Positions 7,288 to 16,166 are shown, numbered from the stretch's first letter. The stretch: DNA of 32,000 nt from Candidatus Methanophagaceae archaeon (GCA_003194425.1 PQXB01000001.1:100444-132443); one strand, 5' to 3'. The notes: a model not told the origin generated them from the letters alone. Made by a program: numbers and translations.

Positions 7288-7329
7288 AATTTTTAATTTT
7301 TCATTTTTAATTTTTAATTTTTAATTTTT
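7288..7329. repeat. 7 bp x6 tandem repeat spanning the purA stop codon
   Basis: aattttt x6 (one unit is cattttt). Encodes the purA C-terminal EKLKIKN*. Confidence 0.95.
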
Positions 7330-8332
7330 CACCCCGCAAATCCACAATCTCTGAGACCTCGGGACCAGTAGAAATCAACTTCACAGGCACTCGCGTGTCC
7401 TGCTCTACCCGCTGCACGAAATCCCGAACCTCCCTGCTCAACTCGCCGTACTCCCGCACACCCCTGCACGAGGGGTCTAACTTGTCCACGCCGCTAAGAG
7501 CCACTGTAGTCGCGCCGTTAATCATCGCGGAGTAAGCCGCCATTTTTCCGTCCCAAACGCCAATTCGCCGTTTCCTGCCTGTAACCGTGCCAAACTCCTC
7601 GATCTGCAGTTCCGCAGCCTTCGCCTCTGCCATTTGCGTCTCGAACGGACCTTCGCCGACCCGCGTCGGAAACGACTTGAAGACCACGACGACCTCGTCC
7701 ACCCTCGTCGGACCCAGCCCCACATCAGCAGCCATCTGCGAGGCGGTCGTGTCTTTGGAGGTGACGAAAGGGTAAGTGCCGTAGAGCAGAGAAATGCCGA
7801 ACCCTTGCGTGCCTTCCACCAGCACTCCTTTCCCGCGCTCCAACGCCCCGTTTATTTCTGCAGGCACGTCGCAAACAAACTCCTGCAACTCCTCCAAGTC
7901 CTTCGCCTGCCTCGCTGTTCGGAGTGCACGAGCCGCGTTCGCAGGACCGCAGCCGGACCCGGTAGAGCCGATTTTCCCTTTTAAGTGGGCGTTCTTCGTG
8001 TCCTCCTCAATGTGCTGCAGCTCAATTATTCCGCACCGCCTGTCCACGCCGACTCTGCCTTCCAGCCCAAACGAAGCCACCTCTCGCCTTAAAACCCGCG
8101 GGTCAACCAACACCCCAGAGCCGATCAGAAGCCTCGCCGACTCCTGCACAAACCCTGACGGCACCATTCTTAACGCGTACTTCTTCCCCTCAACCTCTAC
8201 TGTGTGTCCTGCGTTTGGTCCTACGCCGCCCCTCGCAACCACCTCGGGCTTGTCGTGCCTTGCGAGGTACGCGATGATTTTTCCCTTTCCCTCGTCCCCA
8301 AAAAAGCCACCTACTAAAATTGTCGCTGGCAT
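7307..8332 (-). CDS. purA: Adenylosuccinate synthetase (short archaeal type)
   Basis: N-terminal [20 protein letters not shown], then GPNAGHTV and [10 protein letters not shown]. Length is 341 aa. Confidence 0.93.
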   Translation of the reverse strand: MPATILVGGFFGDEGKGKIIAYLARHDKPEVVARGGVGPNAGHTVEVEGKKYALRMVPSGFVQESARLLIGSGVLVDPRVLRREVASFGLEGRVGVDRRCGIIELQHIEEDTKNAHLKGKIGSTGSGCGPANAARALRTARQAKDLEELQEFVCDVPAEINGALERGKGVLVEGTQGFGISLLYGTYPFVTSKDTTASQMAADVGLGPTRVDEVVVVFKSFPTRVGEGPFETQMAEAKAAELQIEEFGTVTGRKRRIGVWDGKMAAYSAMINGATTVALSGVDKLDPSCRGVREYGELSREVRDFVQRVEQDTRVPVKLISTGPEVSEIVDLRGEKLKIKN

Positions 8333-8472
8333 AATTTCTCTCTCTTTTGCGTCCTTAATAAAATGCGCAGTCTCAGCCCTCGACCTCGAAATCCTCTACT
8401 CTCACCGCTCCCTCTCCTCCTCCCTCTTTTTTCTTTCACTCGTTCCTTTTCCTTCGTCCATTTTTTTAAAAT

Positions 8473-9522
8473 ATGAATCCGGAATTAAAAGGGAATGCGG
8501 GAAGAGGAAAAAGGGAGAGAGAAACGGGAAGAGGAAAAAGGGAGAGAGAAAGGGAGAGAGAAAGGGAGAGAGGGAGGAGAGAAGGAGGAGAGAAGGAGGA
8601 GGATTTTGATGTGGTGCTCGTGGGCGATGTGTTCTACGACATTGCCACAACTCCACTCCGCGACTACCCAGAGCGAGACAAGCAGCTGGGCTGCGGATTT
8701 ATGCTCAGCGTGGGCGGTCAAGCCGGGAACTGCGCTGCTGCCTGTGCTTCTTTGGGCTTGAGAACCGCTCTTGTTTGCAAGACCGGAGGGGGCGTGCTTT
8801 CAAAATGGGTAACAGCGGAGTTGCAAAAGTTGGGCGTTCGCTGCTTCGCAGGGAAGGAGAGGTGCGAGAGCAGGAGAGAGGTGGGAATAACGGTGAGCGT
8901 AGCCTTTGAAGACGGTAGCAGGTCGATGCTGACCGAGAGGGGAGCGAATTTGGAGCTTACTGCGGCGGATTTGGATTTCGAACTCCTGAAGAGAACAAGG
9001 TTCTTGGGGCGTGCAGGACACTGGAACACCGAGGGTCTCTTTACCGCAAACAAGAAAATACTGGAGTTCGCAAAGTCCGCAGGGGCTTGCACTGGCGTGG
9101 ATTTGGGCTGGAGTGCTTACCTCGGCTGGACGGCGTCGGCAAGAGAGACCGTCTTTGAGTTCCTGCCTTTTACTGACTTCCTGTTTGTGAACGAGGCGGA
9201 GGTAAAAGGCTTGAGCGGGAAGGCGGAAGGCGGGAAAGCAGGAGGAGGGGAAGCAGGAGGAGGGGGAGGAGAGCGTGAGTTGTTAGAGAGGGGGTGCGGA
9301 AATGTGATTATTCACAGAGGTGCGAAGGGCTCGTCGTGGGTGAGCAGGGATTTTGAGGTGAGCTGCCCCGCGTTTAAAGTGCAGCCGAGACGCCCGACTG
9401 GCGCTGGGGACGTTTTCAACGCGGGTTTTATTTACGCCTTCTTGGCAGGGAAGCAGGCGAAGGAGTGCTTAAGATTCGCTAACTCCTGCGCTGCAAGACA
9501 CTTGACAGGAACTTTTTTTTAA
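8473..9522 (+). CDS. PfkB-family carbohydrate/nucleoside kinase (start uncertain; the first ~45 codons are tandem-repeat sequence)
   Basis: DVVLVGDVFYD... and the C-terminal PTGAGDVFNAGFIYAFLAG motif. The conserved fold seems to begin near 8605-8615 (a GTG candidate). A GGKAGGGEAGGGGGE insert is also present. Confidence 0.8.
   Translation: MNPELKGNAGRGKRERETGRGKRERERERERERGRREGGEKEEDFDVVLVGDVFYDIATTPLRDYPERDKQLGCGFMLSVGGQAGNCAAACASLGLRTALVCKTGGGVLSKWVTAELQKLGVRCFAGKERCESRREVGITVSVAFEDGSRSMLTERGANLELTAADLDFELLKRTRFLGRAGHWNTEGLFTANKKILEFAKSAGACTGVDLGWSAYLGWTASARETVFEFLPFTDFLFVNEAEVKGLSGKAEGGKAGGGEAGGGGGERELLERGCGNVIIHRGAKGSSWVSRDFEVSCPAFKVQPRRPTGAGDVFNAGFIYAFLAGKQAKECLRFANSCAARHLTGTFF
8498..8563. 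repeat. 27 bp x2 plus nested 12-bp repeats at the 5' end of the pfkB-family ORF
   Basis: cgggaagaggaaaaagggagagagaaa x2, then gggagagagaaa. Confidence 0.9.
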
Positions 9523-9547
9523 CTTTTCTTTAGAAAAGAAAACTTTA
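9522..9547. repeat. Family-B palindromic element, begins at the pfkB stop codon
   Basis: aacTTTTCTTTagaAAAGAAAActtt. Confidence 0.75.
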
Positions 9548-9560
9548 CTAAAGAATCTTT

Positions 9561-9589
9561 TTTTTGATCAAACTTTTTCTAAAAGTTTG
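9561..9589. repeat. Family-A palindromic element, intergenic / overlapping the annotated TTG start of pdaD
   Basis: tttttgatCAAACTTTttctaAAAGTTTG. Same long-form left flank as the intragenic copies. Confidence 0.9.
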
Positions 9590-10099
9590 TTGGAGAGGGG
9601 AAAATTGAGACCAAGAGCGTTCTTCGTTACTTCGGGTGTAGGAATTGACAGCGAGCAGGCGAACGCCTTTGACCTCGCTTTATGCGACGCTGGCATCGGA
9701 GAGTGCAACCTGGTCGAGGTCTCCTCGATTCTTCCCGCGGCGGCGGTGGAGACAGAGCGGGAGAGGGAGAAGCTGACACCCGGCGAAATAACTTTCTGCG
9801 TGCTCTCAAGGGCGGACGGTAAGTCAGGCGAGGTCGTCGGCGCTGGGGTGGGCTACGGCTGGATTGGAGGGAGGCGAGAAGGAGAAGGGCAGGAAGAAGA
9901 GAGAGACTTTGGAATTATTTGCGAGCACCACGGTCATTTTCCAACCGCGTTTCTGAATAAAAAAATAGAGGAGAAGTTGCACAAAATGGCTGCGATTCGC
10001 GGTAAAAAAATCGCAGGCACGAAGTTAGAAGCAAAAGCGGTAGAGGTAGCGGACGGTAAATTCGGGTCGGTTGTCGTGGCGCTGGTTTTTGTGTTTTGA
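9587..10099 (+). CDS. pdaD: Pyruvoyl-dependent arginine decarboxylase
   Basis: FFVTSGVGIDSEQANAFDLALCDAGIGECNLVEVSSILP contains the Ser-Ser self-cleavage site context. The ORF-track start is a TTG, so the exact start is uncertain. Confidence 0.88.
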   Translation: MLERGKLRPRAFFVTSGVGIDSEQANAFDLALCDAGIGECNLVEVSSILPAAAVETEREREKLTPGEITFCVLSRADGKSGEVVGAGVGYGWIGGRREGEGQEEERDFGIICEHHGHFPTAFLNKKIEEKLHKMAAIRGKKIAGTKLEAKAVEVADGKFGSVVVALVFVF

Positions 10100-10149
10100 T
10101 TTTGATTTGAATTAAATATCAAAAAAAATAAAAAGACCAGTTGGACTTT

Positions 10150-12909
10150 CTACACAGCAAAATCCAACTGGGCGTAGACCTGCCGGTCTCGGAAATGCTG
10201 CAGCGAGATTGCACTCGAGGGGCAGTAAGAGGCGCAACTCCCGCACCCAATGCAGCCGTCGCCGACCTTCGCAACCTTCTTCGTCTCGCCAACCACGGTC
10301 AGCACGCCGTAAGTAACCACCGGCACCGGCTCCTCTGTCAACTCGATCGCCTCGACCGGACACATTTCCACACACATTCCGCAGCCCGAGCAGATCTCCT
10401 CGTCAACCACCGAGACCACCGCAGGCGTCTCAAGGAAGTCCTTCGCCAACAGCACGCACGCCTTCGCCGCCGCTGCACTGCTCATCGCGAGGCACTCGTC
10501 CAACGCTGCAGGGAAAACCGCCGAGCCGCAGACGAAAACGCCCTCGTTCACGGTTTCAACAGGCGTCAAAACCATCTTCGGCCGTTCCTGCTTCTCCATA
10601 AAAAAGCCGTTCTTGAGCGGGACTTTGAACATTTTGCTCAACCGCTCGTTCTCCTCGGCAGCCAGCATCGGTGCAGCAAGCACGACCAAATCCGGCTTTA
10701 TCTGGACCTCGTCGTTGAAAATCACATCAAAGACCGAGAGGACTCCTCCAGCCCCAACAGCACCTGACTTCAACTCTGGCTTCCGCTTCTCGTCGTACCT
10801 CAAGAACAGCACCCCCTTCTCCCTCGCCTCTTTGTACAACTCTTCCCACTTGCCGTAGGTCTTGATGTCCTGGTAAAGCACGAAGACGCTGGCGTTGGGG
10901 CTCTTCTCTTTCACTTTCAACGCACTCTTAACCACTTCGACGCTGGCGGATTTTGAATTTACCGCCTTTCCGCTTGGCTCGAGGTCTTGAACGAACACGA
11001 CTGTGTTGGCGTTGAAATTGCCTGCCTTCCAGAACTCGTTCACTGTTACCACGCTCTTGTCTTTGCCGTAGCCGAGGTAGCCGTCGGGCACGAACTCCCT
11101 CGCCCCTGTCGCGATCACGCAAGCCCCGAAATCAATTTCATTTTCTGTTCCTGCTCCTGCTCCGTCCCCAGCGACAATTTTCGCCTTGAACGAGCCTGCT
11201 CTTCCGCTGACCGCTTCCTCTCTCGCACTCGTGTAAACCTTTATTCGGTCGTTCTTCTTCACCTTTTCGAGAAGTTGCGTGACCTCGTCCTGACCTTTCA
11301 AATTCCCGCCAAGCTCTGCCTCCTTCTCAACTAAAGCCACCTCGTAGCCCGCGTCTGCAATTCCAAGCGCCGCGTTCAGCCCCGAGACGCCACCGCCGAC
11401 GACAAGCGCCTTCGGCACCACCGGGTAACGCTCGACAGGAATCGCCTCAAGGTACTTCGCCCGCTCTACTGCCATTCCGAGCAGGTCAGCCGCAGCCTCT
11501 GTCGCCCCTTTCTTTCCGTCGCCGCCGCCGTGCACCCACGCACACTGCTCCCTCAGGTTCACGAACTCAAGCAAGTAAGGGTTCAAGCCCGCGTCGGCAC
11601 AGGCGTTCCTGACAATTTCTTCGTACTCTCTCGGCGAGCAGCCAGCAAAGACGACCCTGTTCAGCTTCACCGCCTCGTCCACAATTCCGCTCTCTACCGC
11701 CTCTAAAGTCTCCTTTAGCGTCTTCGTCTCGCCGTTCGCTAAGACGACGCCACGCAGCCCTTTTACTCGCTCCACGACCGCGGGAATGTCGACAGTCTCC
11801 GCGATTTCGCCGTCGCAGCCGCAGATGAAGACGCCAATTCTCGGCTCCGCCTCCTCGCTGACTTCAACGAACTTCCGCTCTGTCTGACCCGGAATCGGCT
11901 CTGTCCGCTCTGAAAGAAGTGCAGCCTTCAGCGCCGCACCGCTTGCCTGCCCCACGCTCTCACGAACTTTCATCGGCGCGGTCGCGGTTCCGCAAGCGAA
12001 GACCCCAGGGACGCTCGTCTCCAGCGGGCTCGTTAGGCTGGTCTCAATGTAGCCGTATTTGTCGGTCTTCACGCCAGTCACCTCTGCGAGCCTGCTCGTC
12101 GTTTTTGACGGCAGCAGACCGACCGCGAGAACCACCAAATCCAACTCTAAAGTGTCAAGCGTGCCTTTCTCTAAATTCTCGTACTTAACAGTCAGAACCC
12201 CGCCTTCGGGAACCACTTCTGGCGTTCGCGACCTAATGTATTTCACGCCGTATTTCTCCTTCAACTCCGCGACCAACTCCTCGTCCTTCCCGAAGACCCG
12301 GACGTCCATAAAAAAGACGAAGACCTCGACCTCTGGGAACCGCTCCTTTACTACCCACGCCTCCTTCGCGGTGTAGGCACAGCACGCAGTCGAGCAAATC
12401 TCGTTCTCTTGGCATCGCGAGCCGACACACTGAATAAACCCAATCCGCTTCACTCGCTTGCCGTCCGAAGGTCGCAGCAGTTCGCCTGTTCCGCTCGCGG
12501 TCGTGCCGCGCAGAATGCCCTCAAAATCTAACGAAGGAACAACATCCGGACTGCCAAACCCGTAGCTCTTCGGAATTTCGTCAAAAACATCGTAGCCCGG
12601 CGCCAGCACCACGCTCTCCACTTCTACTTCCTTACCGCCGCCCGACGCCCCGCCCGAAACTTTCAACTTGAAATTCCCCGCCGAGCCCGACAAACTCTCC
12701 AACTCACTCGAGAGCAGCACTTCAATGTTCGGGTGGTTCTGCACCTCAACAACCTTCGGCGAAAGCCCTGTCTTGCACTCCGCAAGCTCCGCCATTTTTC
12801 CGCCCAACTCCGCGTTCTTCTCTACCAAACAGACCTTGTAGCCCGAGTTTGCGAGGTCAAGAGCCGCGGTCAAGCCTGCCACTCCGCCCCCTACAACTGC
12901 TATTCCCAT
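10150..12909 (-). CDS. hdrA: Heterodisulfide reductase subunit A, unusually long (919 aa): extra N-terminal HdrA-like FAD module fused to a complete HdrA
   Basis: Two GxGxxG sites: VVGGGVAGLTAALDLANSGYKVCLVEK and VVGGGVSGLNAALGIADAGYEVALVEKE. FIQCVGSRC...CSTACC occurs in module 1. The HdrA N-domain follows (RIGVFICGCDGEI...NLREQCAWVH). The C-terminal ferredoxin is CSGCGMCVEMCP...CIGCGSCASYCP. Confidence 0.9.
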   Translation of the reverse strand: MGIAVVGGGVAGLTAALDLANSGYKVCLVEKNAELGGKMAELAECKTGLSPKVVEVQNHPNIEVLLSSELESLSGSAGNFKLKVSGGASGGGKEVEVESVVLAPGYDVFDEIPKSYGFGSPDVVPSLDFEGILRGTTASGTGELLRPSDGKRVKRIGFIQCVGSRCQENEICSTACCAYTAKEAWVVKERFPEVEVFVFFMDVRVFGKDEELVAELKEKYGVKYIRSRTPEVVPEGGVLTVKYENLEKGTLDTLELDLVVLAVGLLPSKTTSRLAEVTGVKTDKYGYIETSLTSPLETSVPGVFACGTATAPMKVRESVGQASGAALKAALLSERTEPIPGQTERKFVEVSEEAEPRIGVFICGCDGEIAETVDIPAVVERVKGLRGVVLANGETKTLKETLEAVESGIVDEAVKLNRVVFAGCSPREYEEIVRNACADAGLNPYLLEFVNLREQCAWVHGGGDGKKGATEAAADLLGMAVERAKYLEAIPVERYPVVPKALVVGGGVSGLNAALGIADAGYEVALVEKEAELGGNLKGQDEVTQLLEKVKKNDRIKVYTSAREEAVSGRAGSFKAKIVAGDGAGAGTENEIDFGACVIATGAREFVPDGYLGYGKDKSVVTVNEFWKAGNFNANTVVFVQDLEPSGKAVNSKSASVEVVKSALKVKEKSPNASVFVLYQDIKTYGKWEELYKEAREKGVLFLRYDEKRKPELKSGAVGAGGVLSVFDVIFNDEVQIKPDLVVLAAPMLAAEENERLSKMFKVPLKNGFFMEKQERPKMVLTPVETVNEGVFVCGSAVFPAALDECLAMSSAAAAKACVLLAKDFLETPAVVSVVDEEICSGCGMCVEMCPVEAIELTEEPVPVVTYGVLTVVGETKKVAKVGDGCIGCGSCASYCPSSAISLQHFRDRQVYAQLDFAV

Positions 12910-12912
12910 TTT

Positions 12913-13779
12913 TTACTTCACCCTCCCAAGAATCTCTTTCGTCTCCACCGCGTTCTTGTTCAGCCCCAGTTTGTTCGGCTCAATTCCGAGTGCGAGACCC
13001 AACAACTGCGTGATGTAAACGACAGGCATTCCGATGGAAATGCCGAGTTCCGCCTCGATGTCAGGCTGCTTCGCGTCGAGCATCATCCCGCACAAAGGGC
13101 AGGCGAGTGCAACGCAGTCCGCACCCGCGTTCTTCGCAGCCTCCAGAACCTTCCTCGCCATCGCAAACGCGATGTCCGCCCTCGTCATCATCAGCGGTCC
13201 GCCGCAGCACAGCGTCTTCGTTTGACTGAACGGAACGCACTCGCCTCCGATCAACTCCACCAACTTGTCCATCAAAACCGGGTCGTCAGGGTCGTCAAAA
13301 GCAGTCGTCGGCGGTCGCCCGATGTAGCAGCCGTAGTACGGCGCAACCTTCAGATTCACCTTCTTCACCACCTTGCTCGACAACTCCGCCTCCCCGATTT
13401 CGTTCATCAAGATATCCAAAATGTGTCTCGCTTTTATCGTTCCCTTGTACTCAAGCGAAGGGTCTATTCCGCGTAATTTCGCACGAAACCCCTCGTCCTC
13501 CTGTAACGCCCTGTTCGCCCGCTCCAAGTTGTAGTAGCAGATGCTGCACGGCGTTACGATGTCCAGCCCTGCCCGCTCTGCGATCGCAAGGTTCCGAGCA
13601 TTCAAGGCGTGCACTAACTTCGGGTCCTCAATCTCCGCGGCACCGCAGCAGTTCCAGTCCTCGACCTCGACCAGCTCAACCCCCAGCTTCTCAAAGACCG
13701 CCTTCGTTGACATTTCCTGCTCCATCGCCGTCGTTTCAGAAGGACACCCAGGATAATACGCAAGTTTTGTAACACTCAT
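12913..13779 (-). CDS. hdrB: Heterodisulfide reductase subunit B (two CCG domains)
   Basis: MSVTKLAYYPGC..., NCCGAAE and LCCGGPLMM. A canonical-looking ATG lies at 13779. The track ORF extends to a GTG at 13899 only by reading through a 15-bp x5 repeat (RRNEG x5). Confidence 0.9.
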   Translation of the reverse strand: MSVTKLAYYPGCPSETTAMEQEMSTKAVFEKLGVELVEVEDWNCCGAAEIEDPKLVHALNARNLAIAERAGLDIVTPCSICYYNLERANRALQEDEGFRAKLRGIDPSLEYKGTIKARHILDILMNEIGEAELSSKVVKKVNLKVAPYYGCYIGRPPTTAFDDPDDPVLMDKLVELIGGECVPFSQTKTLCCGGPLMMTRADIAFAMARKVLEAAKNAGADCVALACPLCGMMLDAKQPDIEAELGISIGMPVVYITQLLGLALGIEPNKLGLNKNAVETKEILGRVK

Positions 13780-13805
13780 TTTACTTCTCTCTCTCCCTCC
13801 CCTCT

Positions 13806-13880
13806 TGCCTTCATTCCTCCTGCCTTCATTTCTCCTGCCTTCATTTCTCCTGCCTTCATTTCTCCTGCCTTCATTCCTCC
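13806..13880. repeat. 15 bp x5 tandem repeat filling the hdrC-hdrB spacer
   Basis: tgccttcatt(c/t)ctcc x5. Confidence 0.95.
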
Positions 13881-13895
13881 TTCTTCCCTTCTCCT

Positions 13896-14498
13896 TCACC
13901 CCTCGGAAAATTCCGCAAAAATCTTCTTCACCACCGCCCTGTCCTTCACTTTCTCCGGGAACATCGCCTTCGGTCCCATTTTTCCCTTCTTGAACATCCG
14001 CATCCCGAAGTCCTTGTAATCCTTTGACATCGTCAGCAACCCCTTAAAGAACGAACCGCCCTCCTTGCCCTTGTAATATTCCATCGCCAGCCCCATATCG
14101 TAGAGCCGTCCGTACTTCGCCAACTGGTGCTCAAAAGCCTTGTCAAAGAGCGGGCGGTGGCTCTCGATTTTCAGCCTCCCCGCTTTCTCCTCTTTCTCTG
14201 CCACTCGTCTTATCGCGGAGAGCAGGTCGGCAATCCGCACATCCTGCGGGCACCGCGCCGTGCAGGTCTGACAAATTAGGCAGATCCACAAGTCCGGGTT
14301 CGACAAGACCTCGTCCCGCATCCCCAACAAACTCATCTGAATGATTTTTCGCGGGTTGTAAGTAGCCACGATTTCAGTGAGCGGGCAGCCCAGGGTGCAG
14401 GTGCTACACTGAAAGCACTTGGTCAGGTTCTCGCCTCCGGGCTCGCTCATTATTTCGTCCTTGAACCCAGAGTCCAATTCCCAGGTTTTTATCGCCAT
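13896..14498 (-). CDS. hdrC: Heterodisulfide reductase subunit C
   Basis: CFQCSTCTLGCP and CLICQTCTARCP. The ATG at 14498 gives MAIKTWELD. The track ORF extends to a GTG at 14585 through a 24-bp x3.4 repeat (GEERRGER x3). Confidence 0.9.
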   Translation of the reverse strand: MAIKTWELDSGFKDEIMSEPGGENLTKCFQCSTCTLGCPLTEIVATYNPRKIIQMSLLGMRDEVLSNPDLWICLICQTCTARCPQDVRIADLLSAIRRVAEKEEKAGRLKIESHRPLFDKAFEHQLAKYGRLYDMGLAMEYYKGKEGGSFFKGLLTMSKDYKDFGMRMFKKGKMGPKAMFPEKVKDRAVVKKIFAEFSEG

Positions 14499-14503
14499 TT
14501 TTT

Positions 14504-14584
14504 CTCCTCGCTCTCCTCTCCTTTCTTCTCCTCGCTCTCCTCTCCTTTCTTCTCCTCGCTCTCCTCTCCTTTCTTCTCCTCGCA
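14504..14584. repeat. 24 bp x3.4 tandem repeat filling the spacer upstream of hdrC
   Basis: ctcctcgctctcctctcctttctt x3 plus a partial unit. Confidence 0.95.
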
Positions 14585-14595
14585 CCTCACACCTC

Positions 14596-15732
14596 TCACC
14601 GCAGTTTCTCCTCTAACTCTTCCTCTTCGTAGGCAGTGAACGGAATCGGCTCTTCTACTTCCTTGCCCGGCGTGTAGTTAAAAATCTCCTGCACCTTCGC
14701 GGTAACCACAGGGTAGAACCTCGTCAGCGGAATGTCCTTCGGGCAGGCGTCCTCGCAGGCACCGCAGCCGACGCAGGTCGCACTGACGTGGTAAACCCGC
14801 GTGAGGTGGTACATCAACTGATTTGTCGGCACGCCGACCGCGCCCCGCAGCGCCGCCAAGTTCAGCAAGTCCCCACCGACAGGGTTCCCAAGCGGCTGCT
14901 CAAAGAAGCACTCCTTGCAGTAGCAGACCGGGCACAGGTCTCGGCAGTTCTTGCAGACAATGCAGTCCCGCAGGAACTCCTCCAACTCCTGCACGCTGCT
15001 CGCAGTTGGAAGTGACTCCCGCTTCTTCCTCGCCGCCTCCGCGATTTTCGCCTTCTCGCCCGCCCGCTCGATGTCTTTCTCCTCCAGCGGCAACTCCAAC
15101 GCCGACAGCGCCTCAACGCCCCTTTCGGTCAGTCCTGCGACCACTACTTTCCCGCCGTCTCCATCTCCTCCGTTCGCCCTAACAAGAGCAATGTCCGCTC
15201 CAGCCTCGTCTGCGAGCCGGTTTTCGCAGATTTCACACGCCTCGCGCACTGCTACTCCCTTACCTTTCAGTTCCTCTGCCTTCGCACCACCAGGTCCAGC
15301 CTCCAGCCAGTCCCCGATTTCGTCCGCGTTGGCGGCGTAGTCCTGGTTCGTGAACGCGCCCGAGCAGTCCGCGCTGACCAGTAGCACGCTCTCCTTGTCC
15401 ATTTGCTTCAGTTTCACCAGTTCCACCGCTGCCCGAATCTCGCACGGCTTCGCTACCAGCCCGACCTTCTCGCCGATTGTCCAGCCCTTCAGAATGTTCG
15501 CCGCGTTCACGCTGAACGAGGGTGCGAAGACCGCCGACGCCGAGACGCCTGCTGCTGTCCCTGCTCCTGCCGAGTCAATTTTGCTTGCGTCCCGCACTAA
15601 AATGTAGGAAACATTTTTTCCCCCTTCCCCCGCTCTCCGCGGCAGAACCAGGCAGTCCACGACCTTGTTCTCGAGCAGTCCCTTGAACAGCCCCGCTAAA
15701 TCCTCGCTCTTCAACTCCGCTCCTTTGCTCAT
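14596..15732 (-). CDS. Fe-S (2x[4Fe-4S]) protein, FrhB/FdhB-like or AsrA/HydB-like putative electron-input subunit of the Hdr module
   Basis: C-terminal CIVCKNCRDLCPVCYCKECFF and CVGCGACEDACP. The start overlaps the mvhD stop (ATGA). Family assignment is by motif memory only. Confidence 0.5.
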   Translation of the reverse strand: MSKGAELKSEDLAGLFKGLLENKVVDCLVLPRRAGEGGKNVSYILVRDASKIDSAGAGTAAGVSASAVFAPSFSVNAANILKGWTIGEKVGLVAKPCEIRAAVELVKLKQMDKESVLLVSADCSGAFTNQDYAANADEIGDWLEAGPGGAKAEELKGKGVAVREACEICENRLADEAGADIALVRANGGDGDGGKVVVAGLTERGVEALSALELPLEEKDIERAGEKAKIAEAARKKRESLPTASSVQELEEFLRDCIVCKNCRDLCPVCYCKECFFEQPLGNPVGGDLLNLAALRGAVGVPTNQLMYHLTRVYHVSATCVGCGACEDACPKDIPLTRFYPVVTAKVQEIFNYTPGKEVEEPIPFTAYEEEELEEKLR

Positions 15733-16166
15733 AAAATCTCACCTCGCAACGGGTTCGGTCCCAACTTCTTTATCTCCTCCGACAGCTCCTTCATCGTCTT
15801 CGCAAACTTCTCGCCCTCGGACGCACTGATCCAGTACGACTTGAAACGGTTGTCCAGCCCGAACTGCTTCAAAATCGTCCGCAGCGCTGCAATTCGCCGC
15901 CGAGCGTAGAAGTTCCCTTTTATGTAGTGGCACTCGCCCGGGTGACACCCGCTAAAGAACGCTCCGTCCGCTCCGTTCAGCAACACCTTGAGCACAAACA
16001 TCGGGTCCAACCTGCCCGAGCACATCAGCCGAATTATCCGTGAGTTTGGTGGGTATTTCTTCCTCGAAGTCCCTGCAAGGTCTGCTGCCGCGTAAGTGCA
16101 CCAATTACAAGTAAACCCGACGATCTTTGGCTCGAATTCCTCTTTCTCTCGCACTTCTTCTCCCAT
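15729..16166 (-). CDS. mvhD: MvhD-type (methyl-viologen-reducing hydrogenase delta subunit) [2Fe-2S] protein
   Basis: KIVGFTCNWCTYAAADLAGTSRKKYPPNSRIIRLMCSGRLDP...FFSGCHPGECHY is the MvhD/FlpD signature. Confidence 0.9.
   Translation of the reverse strand: MGEEVREKEEFEPKIVGFTCNWCTYAAADLAGTSRKKYPPNSRIIRLMCSGRLDPMFVLKVLLNGADGAFFSGCHPGECHYIKGNFYARRRIAALRTILKQFGLDNRFKSYWISASEGEKFAKTMKELSEEIKKLGPNPLRGEIL

Noticed and set aside
7794-8609. 271-aa ORF on the plus strand
   Set aside because: It is antisense to purA, which has unmistakable motifs. Its product is Ser/Pro-rich with no recognisable features.
10141-13476. Plus-strand ORFs 10141..10767 and 12733..13476, plus smaller ones
   Set aside because: They are antisense to hdrA and hdrB. 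Their Arg/His-rich products are typical of antisense reads of GC-rich genes.
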